From Podarcis erhardii (lineage: Eukaryota), in the NCBI GenBank assembly GCA_964252035.1, contig OZ176206.1: a stretch of DNA of 64,000 nucleotides. The stretch is one strand, 5' to 3'. Position 1 is the stretch's first letter. Every line of letters starts with the position of its first letter. Shown here one piece after another: positions 36,413 through 46,385 of this stretch. The position numbers were made by a program, and so were the translations under genes. Under the pieces are notes generated by a model. It was not told the origin of the DNA. It made no database searches and saw only the letters and a program-made list of their open reading frames with translations.

Positions 36413-38874
36413 ATGGATGCTTTAGCCTTCTCGGCTGTAGCACCCGCTGCTTTGAAACTCCTTCCCTAAAGAGTCCTGGCTTGATTCACGGATGATAATA
36501 CATAAATTATAATTATAAACTCATTTATTTATTTATTCATTCATCACTGCCATCCCCTTTATAAGGCATTGTGGGAGGGTTGGATTAGATGACCATTGAG
36601 GTCCCTTCCAACTCGACGATTCTCTCCCAAGAATTCAAGGTGGTGCGCATCCGTCATTAAATTACCAAATTCAATTACAAATCGGGAGTGAAGTTCAATG
36701 ATAATGTAATGAGTAGTTTTAATTGACAAGCCGCAGCACTGGGCACACCTCTGCTAGTCACGAATATTACTTCACGGGGCTCTGGGAGCAATCTGGCCCC
36801 TCTCATTTTGCAAAGTTGCCTTGCCCAGGAAGTGCCACAACTGCTGAACACCCCACGAGATTGTGCCAGTTTTCACCCCCTTTTCAATAACTAACGGGGC
36901 AGCGATGGGAGTAAATTTGCTCACTGAAGGTGCCAAAGCCATTGTTTGCTAGAGCAAACTCAGTCCAGGGCATAGCACCAGCCAGCTGTGTTCGCTTCAA
37001 GATCCTTTGCTTCTTGTTTACCCCAGAAACAATAGATGGGAAGTTTGGTTAGCGTCACCAGAGAGAAGCGAGAGGAAGGAGACTGTAGAAGAGAGCAGCC
37101 TTTGGACCTGAATGGGAACTGCGTTAGGCAGGTCAGGTGGTCATGGCCTGCCCCGGGTTAGAAAGGGGCCGAGGAGGGTGGAGAAATAGCGCCCTCTTCT
37201 GGGGAAAGCAGCCAGGTTTTCACAGCGTCATCTGCTCTGCAAAGCAAGCAGCTCACCAGCATCCACCGGGTCATTGCAAATGTCCAAAGAGGGAAATGAG
37301 AAGAGGCATGGAGGCAGTTTCATGAACCCTGTTGTGTGTCGCTGCTATTGAGACTTCAGCTGCGATTCCTACTTGCCACAGACAACCAGGCCAGTGGCTA
37401 TTTGCAAGCTGGCTGAAATGAACTCAGACCCAAATATGGAAAGTCAACAAGGGCCTCCAGTCAACCCTTCTCTCTGACACCCCAAATTTTGGGAGCCTTG
37501 TGTAAGTGAATATACTCATGTCTGATCTTCTGATTAATGGACAGCAATTATATCTTTCACCACAAAATGGCTGATTGCAGAGCAGAGGAGGAAGGCTTTG
37601 GGCAGGGGAAGCATTATAGACTCTCAGATCATCCTGCTTGCCTGTTACAACAACCTTGCAAAGCTTGCATGCAGGGAGCTTGGTGTGGAGAAATCAGCAA
37701 ACTCTTTGTAATGGGAGAGGGAGAAGGGATGCTTTGAAATACTGGTTTCAAAATAAAATACTTCTTTTCTTAGGAGTTTTAAGTATGTGGATGTATTTTT
37801 ATTTGCTGCACTCTTCTCTCACTCACAAAACAGAACATTTCAGAACTTGACATTTCAATATACATGCCATACTGCAAGGTCGAGTTCCTACGTAAGAGAA
37901 GCTATTCAGGAGTCCAAGGGTCGGGTGTAAATGAAGCATTTGCAAAAAAAATCTGTATATACTTTGGTGTAACTGGATTCCTTTCTTTCTCTTTCTCTTT
38001 CTCTTTCTCAACAAGACACATACAACATCACCAAAATACAGAGCAACAAGTGACCACGCACTCCGCAGATGGGGAAAAATTGGGCTCCCCTCCCTGACAG
38101 TGCCATGCCACATGCCATCAGGGAAATTGGCACCAAGCACAGAATTCAGTACTGTCATGGAACTGCCAATCTATTTTAATTCAACAGGTTTCTAGTCCTT
38201 ATGACATTGAGGAAAAACACCTCAGAAGTCAGTGGGCACTTGACAACCGCTAGTATTATAGCATGGACAGCTTTCATCAAAGTCAAAAGTGCCCCATGCC
38301 TTTGGCATTTTAGCCCCCTCACCCTTTGGATTCCCTCAGGATTCCTCATCCCACCACTTTTTTATTCACTCCCCACATGACTTTTGGGCCCCCCTCCAGG
38401 GATATTGGAAGTTAAGTAAATTGTACAGAATAATCAAACGGATGTTACAACTTGTTATTTGAGGCTGCAGTTCAGCTTTTATTGACCCTGAATCTGGGCA
38501 GGGGCAGACTTGGCTATCGTGGTGCAGCCGATTCATTAATTTGACTGATTGGAAATGGATGTATATCTCTGGATTTCTTTTAGTTTTAGTGTTTAGGTTT
38601 TTTTATTGGGTTTTATAAACAAGAATAATGTTATACAAATAAGTATACCAAGTTTTCTCATGTCGTATATCACAAAAATAGCATAATAAATGTGGAAACA
38701 TATCTACAACTTACGTTTCATTATTAGTGGTCAATGTGTAAGTTCTTGGTTCATGAATTGGATTAAACAATTAGGAAGAAGAAGAAGAAAAGGGGGAGGA
38801 ATGGCGAGTGCGGGTTTTAACTGACTTGCTGGATCTGTCATTGAATTTGTCATGGCTTTTAGTCAAGCACAATA

Positions 38875-38877
<3 letters not shown>

Positions 38878-38916
<39 letters not shown>
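38878..38916. repeat. (GATT)n microsatellite following AATAAA (probable LINE 3' tail)
   Basis: Direct reading. The LINE-tail origin is inference. Confidence 0.85.
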
Positions 38917-38917
<1 letters not shown>

Positions 38918-40553
38918 AGGGCACCGGGGCTCGCACAGCCCTGATCTGGGTTCTCTGGGTTGCATAGAATTTAGTGTATTCTGCCTGTGGTATGCAACAA
39001 ATGTCCCAGCAACAAATGAAAGACTAAATGAAGACAGAGGTCACTGCAACTCACCCACGTCCCTCCTCCGGTCCAGTGATGTGAAACACTGGAAGAAATA
39101 ACACACAACAATAAAGATTAGTTATTCAACCCACACACCTCTCTATATACATCCCATGCAAACCTTTGAAACCCCTGGCAGTCTTATTCTTGGGAACTTT
39201 GGCCATGGACAAAGATCCCAACCAAATTTCCAGAGCTAGTTTTACAAAGAGGATTTTTTAAAATGATCCTGACCGTGATGCAGTATTTTTGGGGGGGGTG
39301 TAGGGGTGACACCAGTGGCTAATGGTAGTGCCTTTGGGTAATAATAGATCCAAAACAATGGTTGGGCTATTTGTGTAGAAAGGTCAGTTAAATATATATG
39401 ATGAGGAAGAGCCTCCGCCATCTCCCTAATCAGGAGCAGGTTCATAGCGACCTTCGCTTGCCCTACTGAAAACTCAGGACTGCAAAAGGGCCATCAAAGA
39501 ACAGGGGAAATAAACAATTGGAAGGAACCGTTTTGAAACTGGGCTACTGAACACTTTCATCACAGGCATCTGAGTCCAATTAAAAGGCCTGGTCTGGGTA
39601 GCTCACCAAGTTTGCTCTTGTGCGTTCTCAGCTCAACAGACACAGGATCACAGGCTCCAGACCTTTCGCATGAGCCCCAGCTGGCATGGCAGTGCTGGAT
39701 AAGGCAGATGGGAGTTCAAAACATCTGGAGATGTATATCAGGGTGGCAAAGGCTTCTGTAGAAGCTGAAAGAGCTTGCTGGAGACTGGACAAAGTTCCTG
39801 CCCCTGCCCCGCAACATGCTGTGCGTTCCACCTGGTTGGAACTCTCAAAGCTGGGCTGATTTCTGAGTTTTTCCAGACCTGCCCTTGAGTCTTCTATCCC
39901 TCCCCCCCCCCCTTAAAAACCCTACTGATTCACAACAGCTAGAGGCCAGTGTCCCAGTGCCTCTTCCTTAAGCCCCTGAGCTTGAGACAGGAAAGAGGGT
40001 CCCCAATGGCCTGTGGGAAAGTGAAATTCATGAGAATGGGACATTCCTAAACTTCTTCTGCGAGGTCCCTTGAGACTCTGGGGAGGCCTCCTACAGAGAG
40101 TCTACGAGGAATATTAAATGCAAGTGGCCTTAGTTAGGGGCAGCCTCTCCCCAGCCCAATGAGCCTTGCTCCTAGGGACTGCGATTTGGCTTGGGTGGAT
40201 TTCTCCCTCCAGCAAATGGGATAAATTTCCCGCAGACATTCCTGCCCTCTGACATCTCGTGCAACACTCCACAGCTGCCTCCTCCAACATGACGGCCCCT
40301 GGGCTCTCCCTCTTCTGTTTCTTCTATTTCTCTCTCTCCTCCCTTAGTATGTGAGGAGGACAGGGACCCTGGCACAATATTTAACTCTTGACAAAGAGAT
40401 TACATTGTCCAGGGACATGCCCAGGTGCTTAAAATATATTGGAGCATGGGCCCCTGGACGAACATGTGCACAAACTGATTTATAGATTTAAATTTTGTGT
40501 TTCAATGTTGCAACCCATCGCGGGACCCTAGGGCAAAGGGCAGGTAATTAGTA

Positions 40554-40795
40554 CAGTGGTACTTCGGGTTACATACGCTTCAGGTTACATACACTTCGGG
40601 TTACACACTCCACTAAGCCAGAAATAGTGCTTCAGGTTAAGAACTTTGCTTCAGGATAAGAACAGAAATCAGGCTCCGGCAGCGCGGCAGCAGCAGGAGG
40701 CCCCATTAGCTAAAGTGGTGCTTCAGGTTAAGAACAGTTTCAGGTTAAGTACGGACCTCCGGAACGAATTAAGTACTTAACCTGAGGTACCACTG
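40554..40795 (+). mobile_element. Tc1/mariner (Tigger/pogo-like) MITE
   Basis: Same TIR, TA TSD, 242 bp. Confidence 0.85.
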
Positions 40796-40797
40796 TA

Positions 40798-40913
40798 ATG
40801 ATAATAAAAATACTAAACAATTTGTCCAGTAGCACCTTAGAGACCAACTAAGTTTGTCCTGGGTATAAGCTTTCGTGTGCATGCACACTTCTTCAGATAC
40901 TACTTCTTCAGAT
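40798..40913 (-). mobile_element. Penelope-like element terminal remnant
   Basis: tccagtagcaccttagagaccaactaagtttgtc..gtataagctttcgtgtgcatgcacacttcttcagatac matches the squamate Penelope-type end as I recall it. Same sequence family as 8025-8215, and it carries a hammerhead motif. Confidence 0.7.
40863..40900 (-). ncRNA. Minimal type I hammerhead ribozyme motif
   Basis: Minus-strand RNA GUAU-CUGAAGA-A-GUGUGCAUGCACAC-GAAA-GCUU-AUAC. It has helix I GUAU/AUAC, core CUGANGA and GAAA, palindromic helix II, palindromic AGCU helix III and NUH = CUU. Confidence 0.72.
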
Positions 40914-41314
40914 AAAAATACTAGAGGGACTTGCAGCAAGCAGGTGTGCCTGGGATTGCAGCTTGAGCTGATCGCATCCAGCAGGTGAATCTTTACATTG
41001 GGGACAGGGCACTTGCATTTCACGCACAGAAGCAGGGCCTCTGCTATCCTTAAGCCAGCTAAGCAGCTGCCTAGGGTGCAGACCACTTTGAGGGGCACAG
41101 TTTTATACAGATTATTTTTGTTATATCTTATGAATTTCTGATTTGCTTTTATTTATATTTTGAACAAATTTATCATTTCTACAAGACACCTGTTTTTGAA
41201 AATTGAAGTAAGAAATCTTTTTTGGGGGGGGGCGCAAGTAGATAGCCTTGCCTACCGCACAAAATAGCCTTGCCAAAGGTGAAAAATAGCTCAGTAGCAG
41301 CACTGCACAGGATA

Positions 41315-41705
41315 ATAGAATTTGTAGAATTGGAGAAGAGCCACGAGGGTCATCTAGTCCAACCCCCTGTATTGTAGGAATATTTTGGCCAATGTAGAAT
41401 TATAAAGTGTCAAAATCGAGATGTGGAAAATATAGAAACAACGAGGAGAGGCAGCACTGAGATATGGAGATATGCTTCAGAGATCTAGACCATGAGGAGC
41501 TCCGAAAAATTAATAATTATAATTTGGACTATAATTTGGGTTTTTTTTTAATTGGAGTATTATGAATGGATATACTAATTGGATGTTTTTTATTGGAAAA
41601 TCAATAAAAAATATTTTTTTTAAAAAAGGAATATTTTGGCCAATGGGGCTCAAACCCATGAACCTGAGATTGAGAGTCTCATGCTGAGCTACCAACAGAG
41701 CTATC
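41315..41705 (-). mobile_element. tRNA-Lys/CR1-tail SINE interrupted by L1-type insert
   Basis: Removing 41395-41645 rejoins a copy collinear with 25842-25971 and 27761-27894. Confidence 0.7.
41395..41626 (+). mobile_element. 5'-truncated L1-type 3' end nested in a tRNA-Lys/CR1-tail SINE
   Basis: AATAAA and A/T tail. 19-bp TSD aggaatattttggccaatg at 41376-41394 and 41627-41645. The host SINE is split into two halves. Shares tgttttt..attggaaa with the 32448 insert. Confidence 0.75.
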
Positions 41706-43359
41706 CCAGGAAATAGGAGAACTTGTCTACCTTGGAACTAGCAGCTCAGTCTCGTTGTGGGGATCCGCCGCAGCAACTGAGTAACAACTGTACAATTTGT
41801 GGGTTTTCTGGGTTTTCTTTTTAAAGAAGCCGCTGGAATGGCCTTGTGCAAGCAAATAACTGTTGGCTTGGGAGGCTCTTTGTGGCAAAGCCCCCGAACA
41901 GCCTCTTGATCCCTAATCAGATGCATGCTGCAGCTCTGGTTGACCTCTGAATCCCCGCTTTGCAAGGAAGCAGGGGTGGGTGGGTGGGTGTGTCTTATCA
42001 GCACATGTTCATAGGAACTCAGTCCGTGCAAAACTAAAGCTCAGTGTATGAGCACAGCATGTGGGACTCTGTTCAAGCCAAAACCCTGGGGGCACCCACT
42101 GCAGATAGCCTCTCCTGCCCCCTGCAACTGTAACCCACAGTCTCATGCAGTCAAGCTACACCTATTTTCTCCACCTCCTCCAAAAAAATAAAATCTATTG
42201 TCTTTATTTTGTCCCTGTTTTATCTGTTGGAGAGATTTGGGGTGCAGGCTTCTTCCTTCCCCCAAACACAGATCATTTGCAACCTGTGCATTGATGATCG
42301 AAGGTTTCTCTGCTGGATACTAGGCATTCAGTCTCATATGTTGCTGTTGCCAGCAGGCTCAGCCCTCAGACAGCAGACATTGCCCAGTGCATCCGAGCTA
42401 CAGTTTTCCCTTGGGGACCCTCCGCTGTGGGTGGAGAGGGTGCAGCACTCTGCACGCACTCAAAGGCATGCTGCCGCCACCAGCCACCTTCCTCCTCCTC
42501 CTGCTGCTGCTGCTGCTGCGAGGTTGAGGCTTTACACAGCCTCCGGCCGTGCCGGACACCCTGCATAGGGACCAGTCAGGGATGGGCGAGGGAGTGGGGC
42601 TAGCACATGGGGCAGCCCCCAGGGCCCTTTCAGGAAACAGCAGTGTGATAGGGGAGCGCCGCTCTGAACGCGCTCAGAGGGCCATGCTGAGAACACTTGC
42701 TTGCTCGGGCTGGAGCTTAAAAGCGAGGAATCATTAAAGTGTGGAATTCTCTGCCAATTAATTTTAAGTCAATGAAAGCACTTGGGATTGCTTTCCTTAC
42801 TTAGTTTGGATCATCTTAATGCAAACTTTTACAAGTTGTTTGTATCATTGAAAGCTCTGTCATTGTGGTTTTTTTAAAGACAAAATATGTTAATATATGA
42901 GTTGTTTTTTTCTAAACTAAAACCTCAGTATTCAGGTTAAATTGCCATGTTGGCACTTGGCGATAAATAAGTGGGTTTTGGGTTGCAGTTTGGGCACTCC
43001 ATCTATAAAAGGTTTGCCATCACTGCCTTAGCCAACGGCCATCCAAAGGCATCATATATACGTCGCTTAATTCTGGCAACCATAGTTTGAGATGTTTCAA
43101 TTTGCAGCATTTGAGCATCTTAAAACTTGATGGGTGTTGTTGCTGCTGCTACTACTGTCAAATGCCTTTTTTAAAAGGTAACTTAGCTGCCACAGGCTGG
43201 TTCCCTGCCTAATATGCAACAACAGGAGCCAGGCACAGCAGGGCAATCTGCTGCGGAAGAAATTGAACCAAAGAGGAGACCTTGGCAATCGAAAGTGTCC
43301 CGGCAGCTGACACCCGTGGCGAAAGCCTCAGAGAGGTTTTGAAGGGGGAGCTCCCTTAC

Positions 43360-43404
43360 CTTCGGCCTCTTGAAGCAAGCCCAGAAGAAATCCAGCCACG
43401 GCAT
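43360..43404 (-). CDS. Candidate first coding exon MPWLDFFWACFKRPK of an unidentified gene
   Basis: atcATGccg start and perfect donor AAG|GTAAGG, phase 0, in non-repetitive GC-rich context. Protein not recognised. Confidence 0.3.
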
Positions 43405-45348
43405 GATGGGGGCGCTCCGGGACTCGGCGGGGGGTCAGCAGCTAGGAGCCAGGGGTCTCTCTCTGGCCCCAGGGGAGAGCTGTCCCCATCAGATCCAGGA
43501 ATGCCAGCCAGCCCTTCTGTCTGTCTGCCTGGAGCAGCTGCGGCAGGAGCTGGGAAACAGGCAGGGAGGCGTTCCCTGCAATTCAAACCCAGCTGCACCG
43601 TTATTCCGTTGGCTGGAAAAAGGCCTGGGATGCCAATTGAAATTCCCCAAACATTACAGGAGGGTTTTTTCCTTCCTCTCTCTTTAAATGCACCAGTCCG
43701 GCTGCTGTGAAGCAGGGAAGGGAGAAGAATAGAGGAGTCAAGAGGCAGCTGCGTGCATACCAAGCATCTGAAATCCAAGCCTGCATACCAGAGCGAGCGA
43801 CGCATCCAAACCCAGAGTTGTGGATCTCTGAACACGTGCAGACAGCTCCCAGGCCCCTGGCTCGTGCGAGGACGCAGTTGTTGTTGTGTTTTATGTAGTT
43901 GGAGGAAGGGGACGAGGGAATGAGGGGGCGTTTCATAGAACTGCAGACTTGTAAAGTTGGAAGGGAACTCTGAGGGTCATCTAATCCAGCCCCCCGCCCC
44001 GCCCCGCAATGCAGGAATCGCAGCTGAAGAGCCTCTGGTATCCAGGAAGCTGCTCACTCACCCAGTAAAACATTTTCTTTTTCTGCTTGTGACTGGGCAT
44101 GCTCCGCTTCAGACACCATGATGCCTCTCAGCATAGCCTACTTTGCAGGGTTGCTGTGAGGCTAAAAACGGGAGGGGGGAAATCTTAGGAACCAAGAGAA
44201 GTTGCGTCTCCTGAACGGAGCAGCGATCAAAATACTTTACCATCCACTCCTCTTCCATTTGTGAAAATGGCCCCATCGTCCTCTTGACTGGCTCCGTTCT
44301 CCTGACTGGCTCACACTCCAGGATTAGTCCTGTATTTAAGGGACATCTTCCACACTCTGGAAATGCAAAAATAGAATTTGCTAAGACATTTGGGTCATAC
44401 AGATCATTCCTGCTAGAGCAGTTCAAAGAAACGATGGACTTCCGGTCGGCGCCAGCGTTTGATGGCGGTCCTAGCCTCGAGCTCCGAGGCAGGACTGCTC
44501 CGTAAGTTCGGGTCTTACCCGCTACGGCAAGCGGGGGACCCCTAAAATCACAGGCGCTGAAGCCTGTGAGCAAGGAGATTCGGTGGGCACCTTTGCGCCC
44601 CCCCGGCATCGTGAAAGAGCCTTTTTAAAGGCTCCGGAGCGGCATCGGGGTGAGCGCGGTGCTGAGGATCGCTACCCAGCTTACGGAGTGAAGCCGCGTC
44701 GCCATTAACGGAGAGCGCCGATTCCTTTCTGAAACTAAAGATTGGCAACAACAATACCCGTGAGTAAGAACGCAAAATTAAAAACGGGACTTAAAAATCT
44801 AGAAGATTTGGCTGAAAACGGGAAGGCAAAAATTAAGGAAGTCAGCCTCCCGGATCTGCATGATTAACGGAGCAATGAAAGACTGAGCTGTGATTAAACG
44901 GACTTTCCTCTTAACTCTTATTAAACCAGACATCGAAAGGATCTCCCCCCTGTAGTGCAGGAGAAGGGGGGGAGGAAACAGAATTAATTTAACCTGCAAA
45001 AGAAAGGGATAAGGAATAAAAAACCTCTGCTGTTGACACTTCTGGTCAGGCTGCCGGAGCAGCGATCGCCTGAAAAAAGGAACTGTCAAGTGAGCTGTCA
45101 AAGGACAGCGGCTACAAAATAAGACTTATTTTGAAACATACTCGGGACTTTGGTGGATTACAATTTTAACAGTAAAGTGCTACAAACTAAAGACTTTTAA
45201 TGGGACTTTTGCCTTTGGACTTTCTGTTTCTTTGTTCTGGGTGCCTTTGGATGGTTACAATTTCCTCCTCTAGAGGGCCTTAGTTACATTACGGAGTATC
45301 CAGTGGGATTTTCCACTTGCAACTTTCCTGTGTGAATGACCTTGAGTT

Positions 45349-46380
45349 ATGAGCAACCCGCCAGAAGAGATTTCAACAAGAAGTAAAACAAAGCAGGCTC
45401 AAAAACAAGCTCAAAAAAGAGGCTCCTTATCAGGAGCAGCAGCTGCACAAGAAAAAATAACAGCAGCATCAATGGAGTCAATGACACAGGCCCTGCTTAA
45501 AATAAATCAGTCACTAGAAGTACTTACCAAGCAATCTGCAGAACTCACTAAACAGTCTACAGAGAACTCAAAGAAATTGACGGAGTTGACAACAAGACTA
45601 GACCTGAATACAACAACAATCTCATCTAATACAGATTCTATAAACCGATTGGTTCAAGAATCTACGGAAACAAGGAAAATAGCTGAGAGTGCTAGGTCCA
45701 CTGCTGAAGAAACCAAAGGAAAGTTTGCGCCTATTGTAAAAAAAGTACATGAACATGATTCAGCATTAGCCCTACTAGAACTGGAAAGGAAAAGTAAGAA
45801 TCTGAAATTAAGACTGGTTCCAGAAGAGGAAGAGGACAAGCTCGGGGAATTCCTTACAGACAAATTTCAAGACTTCTGGAATGATGAGCTAGATGGAGAG
45901 GAAGATGAATTTATGATAACCTCAGCCTTTCGGATTGGCAGGAAGCAAGGGAAGAAGCCAAGAGATTGTTTAATTACCTTAGGATCAAAGGAACAAAGAG
46001 ACAAAATATTGAACCTACATTTCCAGAAGGCCTTGGTCATTAAAAATTCTCAGATTCAAATCTTCAAGGATATTCCTAAATACTTTTTGGAGGTTAGATC
46101 TCAATTTAAAGAACTAGTTGATCTACTTAAGAAGAACAACATCCCATTTAGGTGGGAATTTCCACAAGGGCTGTCCTTTAGCTACAAAGGGAAGAAAATT
46201 AAAATAAAAACAAACCAGGATAAAGAGATCTTTCTGGAAAGAAATCAAGAGGATCTTCAGAAAGGAACTGTCAGCGAGGAGGAAGTACCGGACATCTCAA
46301 ATCTATCATTTGGACTGAACCGAGCACCGACTGAGGAGGAACAACAACTTGGTGCAGTCGGTGGAAGGTCTACCCAGTAA
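45349..46380 (+). CDS. L1 ORF1p (343 aa; coiled coil + RRM + CTD type)
   Basis: Heptad-rich N-terminal half, then RKSKNLKLRLVPEEE, AFRIG, PRDCLITL, IQIFKDIP and IPFRWEFP, as expected for L1 ORF1 (Transposase_22-like). Sits directly upstream of ORF2. Confidence 0.9.
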   Translation: MSNPPEEISTRSKTKQAQKQAQKRGSLSGAAAAQEKITAASMESMTQALLKINQSLEVLTKQSAELTKQSTENSKKLTELTTRLDLNTTTISSNTDSINRLVQESTETRKIAESARSTAEETKGKFAPIVKKVHEHDSALALLELERKSKNLKLRLVPEEEEDKLGEFLTDKFQDFWNDELDGEEDEFMITSAFRIGRKQGKKPRDCLITLGSKEQRDKILNLHFQKALVIKNSQIQIFKDIPKYFLEVRSQFKELVDLLKKNNIPFRWEFPQGLSFSYKGKKIKIKTNQDKEIFLERNQEDLQKGTVSEEEVPDISNLSFGLNRAPTEEEQQLGAVGGRSTQ

Positions 46381-46385
46381 CCAAA

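Noticed and set aside
37230-37330. Minus-strand MKLPPCLFSFPSLDICNDPVDAG, resembling a Kunitz domain start
   Set aside because: The remaining Kunitz cysteines and the GGC motif do not follow, and the frame closes or would splice immediately.
44109-44609. 166-aa minus-strand ORF
   Set aside because: Chimeric: it spans the antisense L1 5'UTR, the TSD, unique flank and a SINE fragment.
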